A DNA stretch of 62,822 nucleotides, counting the filler, from Sanchytrium tribonematis (lineage: Eukaryota), in assembly GCA_018985235.1 (NCBI GenBank). It is 5 parts of 5 records of this genome, joined end to end, with 100 filler letters (N's around TTAATTAATTAA, not from the genome) between each part and the next. Parts side by side here need not be neighbours in the genome. Positions count along the whole stretch, not along the records: positions 12,657 to 25,139 come from JADGIG010000214.1; positions 25,240 to 37,718 come from JADGIG010000215.1; 3 more parts are not named here. One strand, written 5' to 3'. The position numbers and the translations under genes were made by a program. Every line of letters starts with the position of its first letter. Positions within the stretch are counted from its first letter, which is position 1. This document shows, one piece after another, positions 19,497-30,569 of this stretch. The notes beneath the pieces are model-generated. The model saw nothing but the letters and a program-made list of their open reading frames with translations, was not told where the DNA came from and made no database searches.

Positions 19497-20921
19497 TTAT
19501 TCATCCCATTCATCTCTTTTCCTTTTCTTAGTTTCAATCTCACCTTCACTCAAATCATCTACTAAAATAATTTCGTCAGAATGCTGTCTTTTCTTAGGAA
19601 TTCTGTAAGGCTCTTCATTTTCTGATAAATTTAATTCAATGTCCTCAATTACAGAAGGACTGTCGAATGACAAATTTGCAACTCCAATTTTTTCGATGCC
19701 GTTGTAGATTCTATGAATGGTCTTGTGCCATTTGTGAATGTCAGCGCCAGTATTTAACACATACCCTAGAATTGTTTTGGGGAGGGGGCAGCCTTTCAAT
19801 GGTGGAGGATCGTCTACGAATATCATATTATAATTTAATCCTTGGTCATTTGTTTGAGTAATTTTGTCATAAAACCACCTTAATTGAGAGGTGTGAATAT
19901 AAATAGCATCAGTTAATTGAATAAATGCAAGATGTAAAGCAGCTTTTACGGAGTATATGCTAAAACTGCCACCAGTAACATTATTGCTTTTCATATCTGG
20001 GTCTCTAACGAGTAGCCTGCTACTATTCTCACTGTTATTGATAAATCCGTTAAGAGATACCCCACAATATCTAGAATTGATATTTTTACCGTAACATTCA
20101 AGAAATTCCAATAACATGACGCCCAAATTTGCAGTCATGTCGAAACCGGGATTGCTAGCTATCGGATGAGAGTTCAAAAATCCTGCAAGCATTATGGTCA
20201 AAGCAAAACTACCAATTCCGCCAGTTCTAACTTCATTGAGATTATGCTGCCTTAAAAGCGACTTTAAAACGTACAACAATGGATGAAAAGGCCTATCTTT
20301 AAGAATGGCATTCATGGAATTTGCAGCGGTAATCCCATTGCTTTGATCACACGATATGTCAACGCTTATCCCTGACATTTGATGAACGAATTTGACAATT
20401 GGCACCTTTGCTTTGTCAATCAGTTGAACTTTGATAAATTCTTTGTGCCTTCTCAAATGTGAATGTAGTTTTCTCAAAGTTCCAGACACAACGTCTTTTT
20501 GGGACACTTTATTTAAAATTACGAGGTCTATATCCCCTTTTGCCAAGACAGTCTTTGTAGCAGTAGATCCGAAAGCATGGAGACTAGCGTCTTTAAACAA
20601 ACTTTTAACCAGATCTTGCAAAATAGACATAATATGTTCTCTAATTTTCAGTTCTGCTTCAGATGGTTTAATAAACTCAGCGTAAGCGATAATTTCCTTT
20701 GTGAGAAAATCAATTAGATTGACAGATTTGCAAGTTATCCTCCAATGTGGCGCTGGACATTTTAATGGAACTGCACCTAAGGTGTGTCGTTTCGACAAAT
20801 GTCTAGGAAAGTTTTCCTTTCTAATTTTTTTCATTTGGATTTGAAAACAGTTTTCAATATTCTGATCATCCTCATTGTCGCTGGAAAAATACATGGTATC
20901 TTCAAATTCAATTTTTTCCAT
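19497..20921 (-). CDS. Non-canonical poly(A) polymerase Trf4/Trf5 (TRAMP)
   Basis: FGSTAT...GDIDLV, AKVPIVKF, VDIS, LNEVRTGGIGSF, NLGVMLLEFLECYG. Confidence 0.92.
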   Translation of the reverse strand: MEKIEFEDTMYFSSDNEDDQNIENCFQIQMKKIRKENFPRHLSKRHTLGAVPLKCPAPHWRITCKSVNLIDFLTKEIIAYAEFIKPSEAELKIREHIMSILQDLVKSLFKDASLHAFGSTATKTVLAKGDIDLVILNKVSQKDVVSGTLRKLHSHLRRHKEFIKVQLIDKAKVPIVKFVHQMSGISVDISCDQSNGITAANSMNAILKDRPFHPLLYVLKSLLRQHNLNEVRTGGIGSFALTIMLAGFLNSHPIASNPGFDMTANLGVMLLEFLECYGKNINSRYCGVSLNGFINNSENSSRLLVRDPDMKSNNVTGGSFSIYSVKAALHLAFIQLTDAIYIHTSQLRWFYDKITQTNDQGLNYNMIFVDDPPPLKGCPLPKTILGYVLNTGADIHKWHKTIHRIYNGIEKIGVANLSFDSPSVIEDIELNLSENEEPYRIPKKRQHSDEIILVDDLSEGEIETKKRKRDEWDE

Positions 20922-20968
20922 GTGAAAAATTATTTGAAGGGGATATTGTCAAATTGACATTTATTTGA

Positions 20969-22096
20969 TCACTTATTCTTTTGGTCTTTAGGATATGCTC
21001 CCAAGTAATGCAAATCCAGACAAAAAGTTGCCAACTCGGTCTGCCGGGTGAGTTCTAATATTTCAAAGACATTTCCATGACACTCCACGAAAAACCAATA
21101 ATGCCATGGTACCTTTCCACTTGGCCTTGAATCAATTTTTGTAAGATTTAAACCGTTTTCTTTGAAAAAACCAAGAGCATCCACCAGAGCTCCAGGCTTT
21201 CTATGGTCGACAGTAAACATAATCAAAGATTTCAGATTTTCTTTAGGAGTCGTTGAAAGTGAAGCCAAAAGTGTCTTAAGATCTTTTTTCGGTTGAATGA
21301 TGAAAAAACGGGTTGTGTTCGGATAGTTGCTGGCATGTTCTTCAATATCTTTAGCGACAATTTGTAACTTATATTTTTCTGCAAGTGACTCGTGGCAAAT
21401 TGCAGCAGAATTGGGATCTCTTGATGCTAACTCAGCACCATGAGCTGTTGAGGAAACTGGACATCTTTGAGCATTAGGCAAATTTTGTGAAAGCCATTGA
21501 CCGCATTGTTGCAATGCTTCTGGATGAGAATAAACCTTTAAAATTCTATTGGCATCTGGGGACACACTAACTATAGAATGGTGTATCTCTATGGAAGTCT
21601 CACCGATAACATAAATGTTGTGGTCAGGGAAACAATCTAATGATTCTTGAACGCTGCCTTTGTAACTATTTTCAAATGGAATTAGACCATATGTGGCTTG
21701 ATTTGTTTCCACTGCTTTGAACACGTCCCTAATAGAGGGTAGAGGAAGGTATGTAACGCTATCTCCAAATCTGCCTTTAGCAGCGGTGTGGGAGAATGTA
21801 CCAATGGGACCCAAACAAGCAATTGTGGTGTCTCGTTGCATATTAATGGAAGCAGACATGATCTCCCTGTATATTGCGATTAAATTTTCAGTCAACATCG
21901 GACCTGAATTGAGTTTGGCTAGCTTTTCAAAAATTTGTTGTTCTCTAGCAGGATAATAAACTGGTGCATCAGAGTCATTATTAATTTGTTTCTTAGCAGC
22001 ACCTATTCGCAAGGATACTTGGGCTCTTTCATTAAGCAGTTGTATGATACGCTGGTCGACCACGTCTATAGTTTCTCTTAAATTATTAAGATCCAT
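20969..22096 (-). CDS. pheA: Bifunctional chorismate mutase (AroQ)/prephenate dehydratase with ACT domain (P-protein)
   Basis: LRETIDVVD..I..LLNERA...PARE; LGPIGTFS, PFENS..GSV, SHPEALQQC, NTTRF; PGAL...NLTKIDSRP. Confidence 0.93.
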   Translation of the reverse strand: MDLNNLRETIDVVDQRIIQLLNERAQVSLRIGAAKKQINNDSDAPVYYPAREQQIFEKLAKLNSGPMLTENLIAIYREIMSASINMQRDTTIACLGPIGTFSHTAAKGRFGDSVTYLPLPSIRDVFKAVETNQATYGLIPFENSYKGSVQESLDCFPDHNIYVIGETSIEIHHSIVSVSPDANRILKVYSHPEALQQCGQWLSQNLPNAQRCPVSSTAHGAELASRDPNSAAICHESLAEKYKLQIVAKDIEEHASNYPNTTRFFIIQPKKDLKTLLASLSTTPKENLKSLIMFTVDHRKPGALVDALGFFKENGLNLTKIDSRPSGKVPWHYWFFVECHGNVFEILELTRQTELATFCLDLHYLGAYPKDQKNK

Positions 22097-22145
22097 TGTG
22101 AAAGTACGAAGATTTGTAACAAGGAAAATTTATTGCCAATTGAAT

Positions 22146-22721
22146 TCACTGCTCAGCTTTATATTCTACGGTAGTCTTGATGTCATGGTTGGTTGTTGAA
22201 AACGATTTCAAATTCACATTCTCACCATTACAAATATCATGATTTGTAGATTTGATCCATTGTTGAGGCACTGAAGCGTCTGAATGAGTATGACATAAAA
22301 CATGGATCGTATGCTCACCCTCCAATATAGGAAGTGAGGTGCAGCTACTGACAATTTGCTTCAATATATATTGTATATTTTTGCAAATTTCTCGTTCTGA
22401 AATGTCTTCATTTTCTCTCTCAGATACATTAACATGAAATTCCCACTTTTCCACAGTTTCCATAGACTGTTTACTTATTATCGCTAAGACTAATTTTTGC
22501 AAGTGGCCGGTTTCAATCCAATCCTTGACTTTACCCAATATTGAAAATAAATATTTTTGCAAAGAGTCATCTTCAGATTTTAAGATTTGAATGCCATATT
22601 TTCGAACAAGGGAAAACATCTCATTTGGGTAAATGTTTCTTTGGTATAATATCATATTCATGGCATATTCAAAGTATTCAACGCATATTTTGACAGACCC
22701 AGATAATTTAACAGTTGACAT
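22146..22721 (-). CDS. MAD2: Spindle checkpoint HORMA protein Mad2
   Basis: LSGSV..VEYFEY...ILYQRNIYP..F..V.KYG, EKWEF, QIVSS...LP, SFST..H. Confidence 0.9.
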   Translation of the reverse strand: MSTVKLSGSVKICVEYFEYAMNMILYQRNIYPNEMFSLVRKYGIQILKSEDDSLQKYLFSILGKVKDWIETGHLQKLVLAIISKQSMETVEKWEFHVNVSERENEDISEREICKNIQYILKQIVSSCTSLPILEGEHTIHVLCHTHSDASVPQQWIKSTNHDICNGENVNLKSFSTTNHDIKTTVEYKAEQ

Positions 22722-22751
22722 GAGAAGGAGAGTTTTGAAAATATCTTGAAT

Positions 22752-24852
<2,101 letters not shown>

Positions 24853-25139
24853 TTACCTCCGACCAATTTCGTTTAGATTTGATATCCATCATATCAAATA
24901 ATCAGCGTGGTTACACAATCATTGGAGCTGCAGCTGTTGTAATTTAGCTACTGAAATGAAAAATAACACTTTTCTCTTTGTAATGCGTTGCCGGAAAATG
25001 AATTCTCCAGATTCGAGACCTGATGCAAAATTTCATCGCCCAAAATTTTTCAACCTTGCAAGAACTTCATCCGTTCGAGCGTCCTCATAGACCAGCGGAA
25101 ATTAAACAAAGAGCGATTCGTTATAATGTTAATGTACGA

Positions 25140-25239
25140 NNNNNNNNNNNNNNNNNNNNNNNNNNNNNNNNNNNNNNNNNNNNTTAATTAATTAANNNNN
25201 NNNNNNNNNNNNNNNNNNNNNNNNNNNNNNNNNNNNNNN
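25140..25239. other. Artificial contig spacer N44-TTAATTAATTAA-N44
   Basis: Same spacer sequence. Confidence 0.97.
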
Positions 25240-26274
25240 TTTCTTCCACTTTCGTGGTCTCCAGTGACCAGGAAGATTCTTATACGTGGAATTTGGCAAC
25301 GGAGTGTGTCCTGCAATAGGAAAGGCATGAGGAGAGAACTGCTTGATATCATATCCATCTGTAGGCAAAATAGATGGCGAGCTCGACTTTCTTAACGGCA
25401 ATTTTGGAGCGATCAATGAGGATCTAGAATTACTGACATTGTTTAATTCTAAGGAAGTACTACTCATCATTCTTTGCAAATCTTGGCCGGTTGTCTTCTT
25501 TAAAGAAGTTTTTAGCCAATCTTCATATAGTCGCTCTAAAGCTACGATCGCGTTGTACCTGCGCTTAATAATTTTCAGTAAGGAGCTAAAGTTTCTAAAT
25601 ACTATGACTTGATCAACTTCACCAATGTTGATACTGTTGAAAAATTGATTGAGGTAAGGACCAGATCTCATCGCATGCGGAATGCCTTGAACCAAAATAC
25701 TCCTGGAATTGACATAATTTCGTTTTGCTGACAACATTAAATGTTTTTGTCGAAATTCAATGAACATAGAGTTAACTTTAAATATAAAAAAATAAAGAGA
25801 GAAAGATATTGCATAAAAATAAGTAAAGTGTGCATACCAAGCGTTTGAATCGTCAGGGATTTGTTCGGGCGTCGTGTAAAATTCGTTTTGCTTTTTGGAC
25901 TCCTCGCTCGCAAAGTAGTTGTGCACAAATAGCAACGGCACACTTGCAAATATGGTCCAAAAAATACAAAGTCGACCTGCAAGGCTCAATACTTTAATGA
26001 GACAAAACGCATCTAGACCAACAGATTCAAGAAATACCTCGTCGGGAATATCGATTATATCTGTGAACCATCTCCAGCCAGGTGATAGTAGTGGAAGTGT
26101 ATTTTTGACATGCTCAATTCCAAATTCTTTTCTTGGTGAGTAGAAATTTTTTAATTTTTCCCTAAAAGCACTGAAAAAACCGATTAAAATTATAAACGCT
26201 AGGAGCCAGATTAAATTGTTTTTGATGGAATCAAGAGTATTTAACGGAATTGTAGTTGCAGCGGAATCGGTCAT
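25240..26274 (-). CDS. OSCA/TMEM63 (Csc1/Rsn1/Phm7) channel, 5' part truncated by contig end
   Basis: FYSPR, GLDAF, SRSILVQGIP, V..FRN...L..I..R. Confidence 0.85.
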
Positions 26275-26284
26275 TTAAATTACT

Positions 26285-26578
26285 ATGGATCCGGTTTGGG
26301 AGGAGAATTTGAGGGATTTGCTTGCAACAAATAGCTACTTATTGGATAGACATGAGGATTTTATAAACAGACAATCTCAAATGGAACCCACACTAGATGT
26401 AAACCAAATGTTGATGGATACATTGATGGTAAAGCCGATAAAAAAAATTGTGCCAAAGGCTGCCTCTAAAAGAAATACAGTTATTAAAGACGAGGAAGTT
26501 GATTTACCTAGTAATAAAGATATTCTCGAAATGATGAAACCGCTGAAAGATTTGATAGCAATTAGGAAGCTGAAATAA
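26285..26578 (+). CDS. Small hypothetical protein
   Basis: 97-aa ATG ORF ending in AATAAA-embedded stop; no family recognised. Confidence 0.55.
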   Translation: MDPVWEENLRDLLATNSYLLDRHEDFINRQSQMEPTLDVNQMLMDTLMVKPIKKIVPKAASKRNTVIKDEEVDLPSNKDILEMMKPLKDLIAIRKLK

Positions 26579-26640
26579 AAATTATACAATTGTTGAAAAA
26601 AATTCTTGGTTTTCTACTTTCCTCCGGCTTTCTCCTTGAA

Positions 26641-27885
26641 ATGTCATCTATTGGAACTCTTTACGCCTGGCCGCATGACCCTAGACAACAGAAAGCAAGT
26701 ATTACTGCCGAGTATTGCAACAAGCATATCAAGGTTGTACAAGATAGTCATTTTGACAAAAGCAGTGAATTTAGCAAAACATTCACAAAAGGAACCAAAG
26801 TTCCTGCATTCTATGACAGCGTTCAAAAAGTCAACGTGATGGAAAGTACCGGTATTGCTTATCATATTGCCAAGTTCTACGATCAAACCAACAAATTATT
26901 GGGCAACACTAAGTTGGAAGAATCCACAATTGCTCAATGGTTATTTTATTCTGATACAAATGTTTGGGCAGCCTCTTTTGGTATCGCCACCATGTATTAC
27001 GGATATAACCCACATGACAAGAAGAAAGAAGAAGAATTACTAACAAAATTGAAGAGTAATCTTGTCTACTTGGATAAGTATCTTTTACATAATACTTACT
27101 TGGGATCTGAAAATATTTCTTTGGCAGACATCGTAATGACAGGCTCATTGGCATGGGCATTTGCTCAATATCTAGAGGAGAAAGACCGACGAGAATATGC
27201 AAATGTTATGAGATGGTTTAATACTTGTATTAATCAACCTCAATTCAAGAAGTATTATCCGGAATATAAACTTTGTGAAAAAAGAGCTGCCGTGTCAAAG
27301 CAACCACCACAAGCTCCAAAATCTGAAGCAAAAGATTCCAAGAAGAGTGTCAAACCTACGGCTAAACCTGCAGCGAAAATTGAAGAGGCTCCAAAGAAGG
27401 AAGAAAAAAAGAAGCACCCTTGTGAAGAGCTTCCTCCTACCTCTATGAATTTGGATGCCTGGAAACGAGAATACTCTAACAATGATACACGCCCGGTAGC
27501 TTTGAAATGGTTTTGGGATAATTTTGATTCTCAAGGTTACAGTGTTTGGCATGTCACCTATAAGTACAATGATGAATTAACTATGACGTTTATGTCCTCC
27601 AATTTAGTTGGTGGATTTTACCAAAGAATCGAGCGAGCAAGAAAGTACGCATTTGGAACCATGCTGGTTTTAGGTGAAAACAATAACAATCAGATTGAAG
27701 GATTTTTTGTGTGCAGAGGACAAGAAATTGTACCTGAAATTGTCGATGCTGCTGACTTTCCTAGTTATGAATTTACTAAAATCAATGTGTTGGACAAGAA
27801 ATGGAAAACTAAATTCGAAGACTTTTTGGCTTGGGATGGTCATTTAGACGGCAAAAAGTTTGCTGATGGTAAAATTTTCAAGTAA
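26641..27885 (+). CDS. Translation elongation factor eEF1B gamma
   Basis: GST-like N-domain; KHP...LDAWKREYSN.DTR, FMSSNLVGGFYQR, GKIFK end; first ATG 26641. Confidence 0.96.
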   Translation: MSSIGTLYAWPHDPRQQKASITAEYCNKHIKVVQDSHFDKSSEFSKTFTKGTKVPAFYDSVQKVNVMESTGIAYHIAKFYDQTNKLLGNTKLEESTIAQWLFYSDTNVWAASFGIATMYYGYNPHDKKKEEELLTKLKSNLVYLDKYLLHNTYLGSENISLADIVMTGSLAWAFAQYLEEKDRREYANVMRWFNTCINQPQFKKYYPEYKLCEKRAAVSKQPPQAPKSEAKDSKKSVKPTAKPAAKIEEAPKKEEKKKHPCEELPPTSMNLDAWKREYSNNDTRPVALKWFWDNFDSQGYSVWHVTYKYNDELTMTFMSSNLVGGFYQRIERARKYAFGTMLVLGENNNNQIEGFFVCRGQEIVPEIVDAADFPSYEFTKINVLDKKWKTKFEDFLAWDGHLDGKKFADGKIFK

Positions 27886-27899
27886 ATAGTACCGTTACA

Positions 27900-29093
27900 T
27901 TACTCCCACAATTTTAAAGTCTTATCCCAACTAGCAGTCAAAACTTTTGAGGACTCTTGAGGGTGCCATGCACAATCCATGACAACGTCATTGTGTTGCT
28001 TCAATTGCGATACTACTTTTTGTGTCTTCCAGCTCCAAAAGAATAATTTGCCATGAGAATCGCCACTCAATATAAATTTTCCATCCGGCGAAACATTAAT
28101 GTTGCAGCCATAACCTGCAATATCGTGGCCAGAAAATACTCTCTTTTTGGAAATTCTAAATTTATCTTTAGTGCCATAAACTAAAATATTATTTGAGAAT
28201 GATTGGCACAACATCCAATTACCTTCAGGATGCACAACGATGTTCGAAATCGAATTCAAGCCTGGCTCACTTTGATACGAAATTGCCAATGGAACATCGA
28301 ATTCAAAAACCCTCATTGTTTTGTCGTCTGCAGAAGACACAAATCGATTACCTTCATCCAAGAAAGTTAAAGAATTAATTTGTCCCTTGTGTTCTGCGTA
28401 TGTATGAATAATTTCATTTGCTCGAACATCAATTTGATAAATTTTCCTATCACTACATCCAACAAGTAATAGGTTTTCTTTTTGTGGATGGAACTTAGCT
28501 ACGTAGGGAATGCGATCAATTGTCCACGTAAAAATAGATTTTTCTTTCGAAATATCAAATATTTTGACATACTTATCAAAGGAAGCGCTTACAATCTTAT
28601 TTCCAGTGTGACTCCAATTTACATCTCGGACTCCCTTATTGTGACCAGCAATTGTAATGAGACATTGTCTTTCTTTATATATTTCCCATAATTTAATAGT
28701 ACAATCCATCGATGCAGAAGCAAATATATGACCATAGTTTGGGATAAATCTAGAGCAATTTACACCTTTCTTGTGACCTTTATAAGTAAATATACATTTT
28801 CTAGGCAATGTGCAAACTTGTTCATTTCCCACAGGTTTGAAATGATATTCCGATTTAGGCAGTTCAAGAACTGGTACATCGAAATGCTTTATATACTGTT
28901 CACTACCAGGTGTTATGTTTTGCTTTGATACTTGGACTTTCTCTGATTTAATGGTGTCAATCATAATCTCCTGTTCGATTTCTCGTTTCTTGTTGCGTTG
29001 CATAAGATTATACAGCTTGGGATTCATATTTACAAATTGATTACTTTGCTGTTGCTCTTCTTCTGAACTTGAGTAACCAACGATATTCATCAA
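27900..29093 (-). CDS. CDC40: Pre-mRNA splicing factor Prp17/Cdc40 (WD40)
   Basis: LPRKCIFTYKGH, RFVSSADDK, FSGHDIAGYGC, WHPQESSKVLTASWD. Confidence 0.93.
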   Translation of the reverse strand: MMNIVGYSSSEEEQQQSNQFVNMNPKLYNLMQRNKKREIEQEIMIDTIKSEKVQVSKQNITPGSEQYIKHFDVPVLELPKSEYHFKPVGNEQVCTLPRKCIFTYKGHKKGVNCSRFIPNYGHIFASASMDCTIKLWEIYKERQCLITIAGHNKGVRDVNWSHTGNKIVSASFDKYVKIFDISKEKSIFTWTIDRIPYVAKFHPQKENLLLVGCSDRKIYQIDVRANEIIHTYAEHKGQINSLTFLDEGNRFVSSADDKTMRVFEFDVPLAISYQSEPGLNSISNIVVHPEGNWMLCQSFSNNILVYGTKDKFRISKKRVFSGHDIAGYGCNINVSPDGKFILSGDSHGKLFFWSWKTQKVVSQLKQHNDVVMDCAWHPQESSKVLTASWDKTLKLWE

Positions 29094-29126
29094 TCAAAAT
29101 AATAACAAACAAGTGGGGAAATAGTA

Positions 29127-29969
29127 ATGAATGTAGAGGCTCATCGAAGCAAATGCTTGCAAGACGATGACGAAGAAGTAATTCTGTCGACATCTGCTGT
29201 GACACAGTATATTTCCGAATGCTACTTACTGGTGCTGCGATCTCTAATTGTAGTTTTACAAACTCAAATTATTGGATATATCGAATTGCAACTAGTAGCT
29301 CGAAAAAATGGGTGGAGACCAAGACTTGGAGATTTAAATCTCTGCAATTTCAATCCTTATTTCTATATACATCGACTACAAACCAGTGAATTGTTAGACT
29401 TGAGGCTGGAATTGGTAAATATAGAAACGACAGTGGGAAATTTGATCGTTTTAATAGGTGCTTTTATATGGAATACATATAGATTTTACAAATATAAATA
29501 TTTGCAAAAGAGCAAAATTATCCAAACATTATCCTACATGACGGACGAGGATCAGATTCAGCAAATTTGTAAACAGATGTATATTCTTTCTTTAAATTCA
29601 TCATGTAATGATCAATTAAAAGTGCTGTCCACGCAATTATTCAAGGATTTGAATACCATTCAATTAAGAGACAAAAAGGACGAAGCGAAAGAATTACACG
29701 ATATTTGTATTAGTGAATTAAATAGAAGTTTTCCCGAGTATTTTGAAAGCTTAATTGATGTACCTGAGTCAATTGAAAGCCCATTGACAGATATAGAGTT
29801 GGACTTTACAATAGAATATAAAGATAAAGAAACACAGAAGGTTAACCATACTGCATTTATGTATAGTATGCTTCAGAATCAAAACATATTTGCAGAATTG
29901 ACAAATGATTTATTGAAATCAACTAATGCCAACATAAACCCTCCCGTCAACTGCATCAAGCCAACCTAG
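29127..29969 (+). CDS. Hypothetical protein
   Basis: 280-aa ORF with hydrophobic segments; no family recognised. Confidence 0.55.
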   Translation: MNVEAHRSKCLQDDDEEVILSTSAVTQYISECYLLVLRSLIVVLQTQIIGYIELQLVARKNGWRPRLGDLNLCNFNPYFYIHRLQTSELLDLRLELVNIETTVGNLIVLIGAFIWNTYRFYKYKYLQKSKIIQTLSYMTDEDQIQQICKQMYILSLNSSCNDQLKVLSTQLFKDLNTIQLRDKKDEAKELHDICISELNRSFPEYFESLIDVPESIESPLTDIELDFTIEYKDKETQKVNHTAFMYSMLQNQNIFAELTNDLLKSTNANINPPVNCIKPT

Positions 29970-30566
29970 ACCACTTCTTATCAATTCTTCCAAGTAAGTT
30001 TGAGCAAGAAGTTCACTCAAATTAAAATATTCCTTAATCTCGCTCAGATTCCATGATTTTTTGACCAGTAATTGAACATGGTCCAGTGAAATGGTACAGA
30101 AGTATTCCTTTTCCTGGATAATTATGGTATTTATGTCTCCCAAGGGCTTTAATGATTTTATACATTGGTCGACATCTTTTAGGCTTATATCTTGTTTAGT
30201 TAATTCGGAAAGTTGCCTCGCCAATTCGCTTTTCTCAATCACTTGGTGTTCCTTAAGTTGTTGAATTAAAAGTACTGAAAGTTGTAAATAAAAATTCCCA
30301 ATAGTCCGATGAAATGCATTTTTCTTGGCTAAAATATTAATGTTGAATTTGTTACATATTAAAGTCATTTTAGCTCTAAGTTCAGGATTTTTAGCAATCT
30401 CATTGTAATGTTTATTTGCAAAATCTTCAAGCTGAATTTCAAATTCAGAAAAAGCTTGTTCCAAATCTTCCTTTTCTTTCGTCTGAATAACAGTACCTTG
30501 TTCCGCATAAACGGCCCTGACTTTTTGTTGAGACTGCAATCCAGAAATACCAACCCCTCGTCTCAT
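29919..30566 (-). CDS. SNF8: ESCRT-II subunit Vps22/Snf8
   Basis: MRRGVGI, LEDFA.KH..EI..NPE.R, IGNFYLQL, G..WLD. Confidence 0.9.
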   Translation of the reverse strand: MRRGVGISGLQSQQKVRAVYAEQGTVIQTKEKEDLEQAFSEFEIQLEDFANKHYNEIAKNPELRAKMTLICNKFNINILAKKNAFHRTIGNFYLQLSVLLIQQLKEHQVIEKSELARQLSELTKQDISLKDVDQCIKSLKPLGDINTIIIQEKEYFCTISLDHVQLLVKKSWNLSEIKEYFNLSELLAQTYLEELIRSGLGWLDAVDGRVYVGIS

Positions 30567-30569
30567 AAC

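Noticed and set aside
24998..25139. ATG-initiated frame running into the spacer (MNSPDSRP...)
   Set aside because: Too short and unrecognisable to support as a CDS
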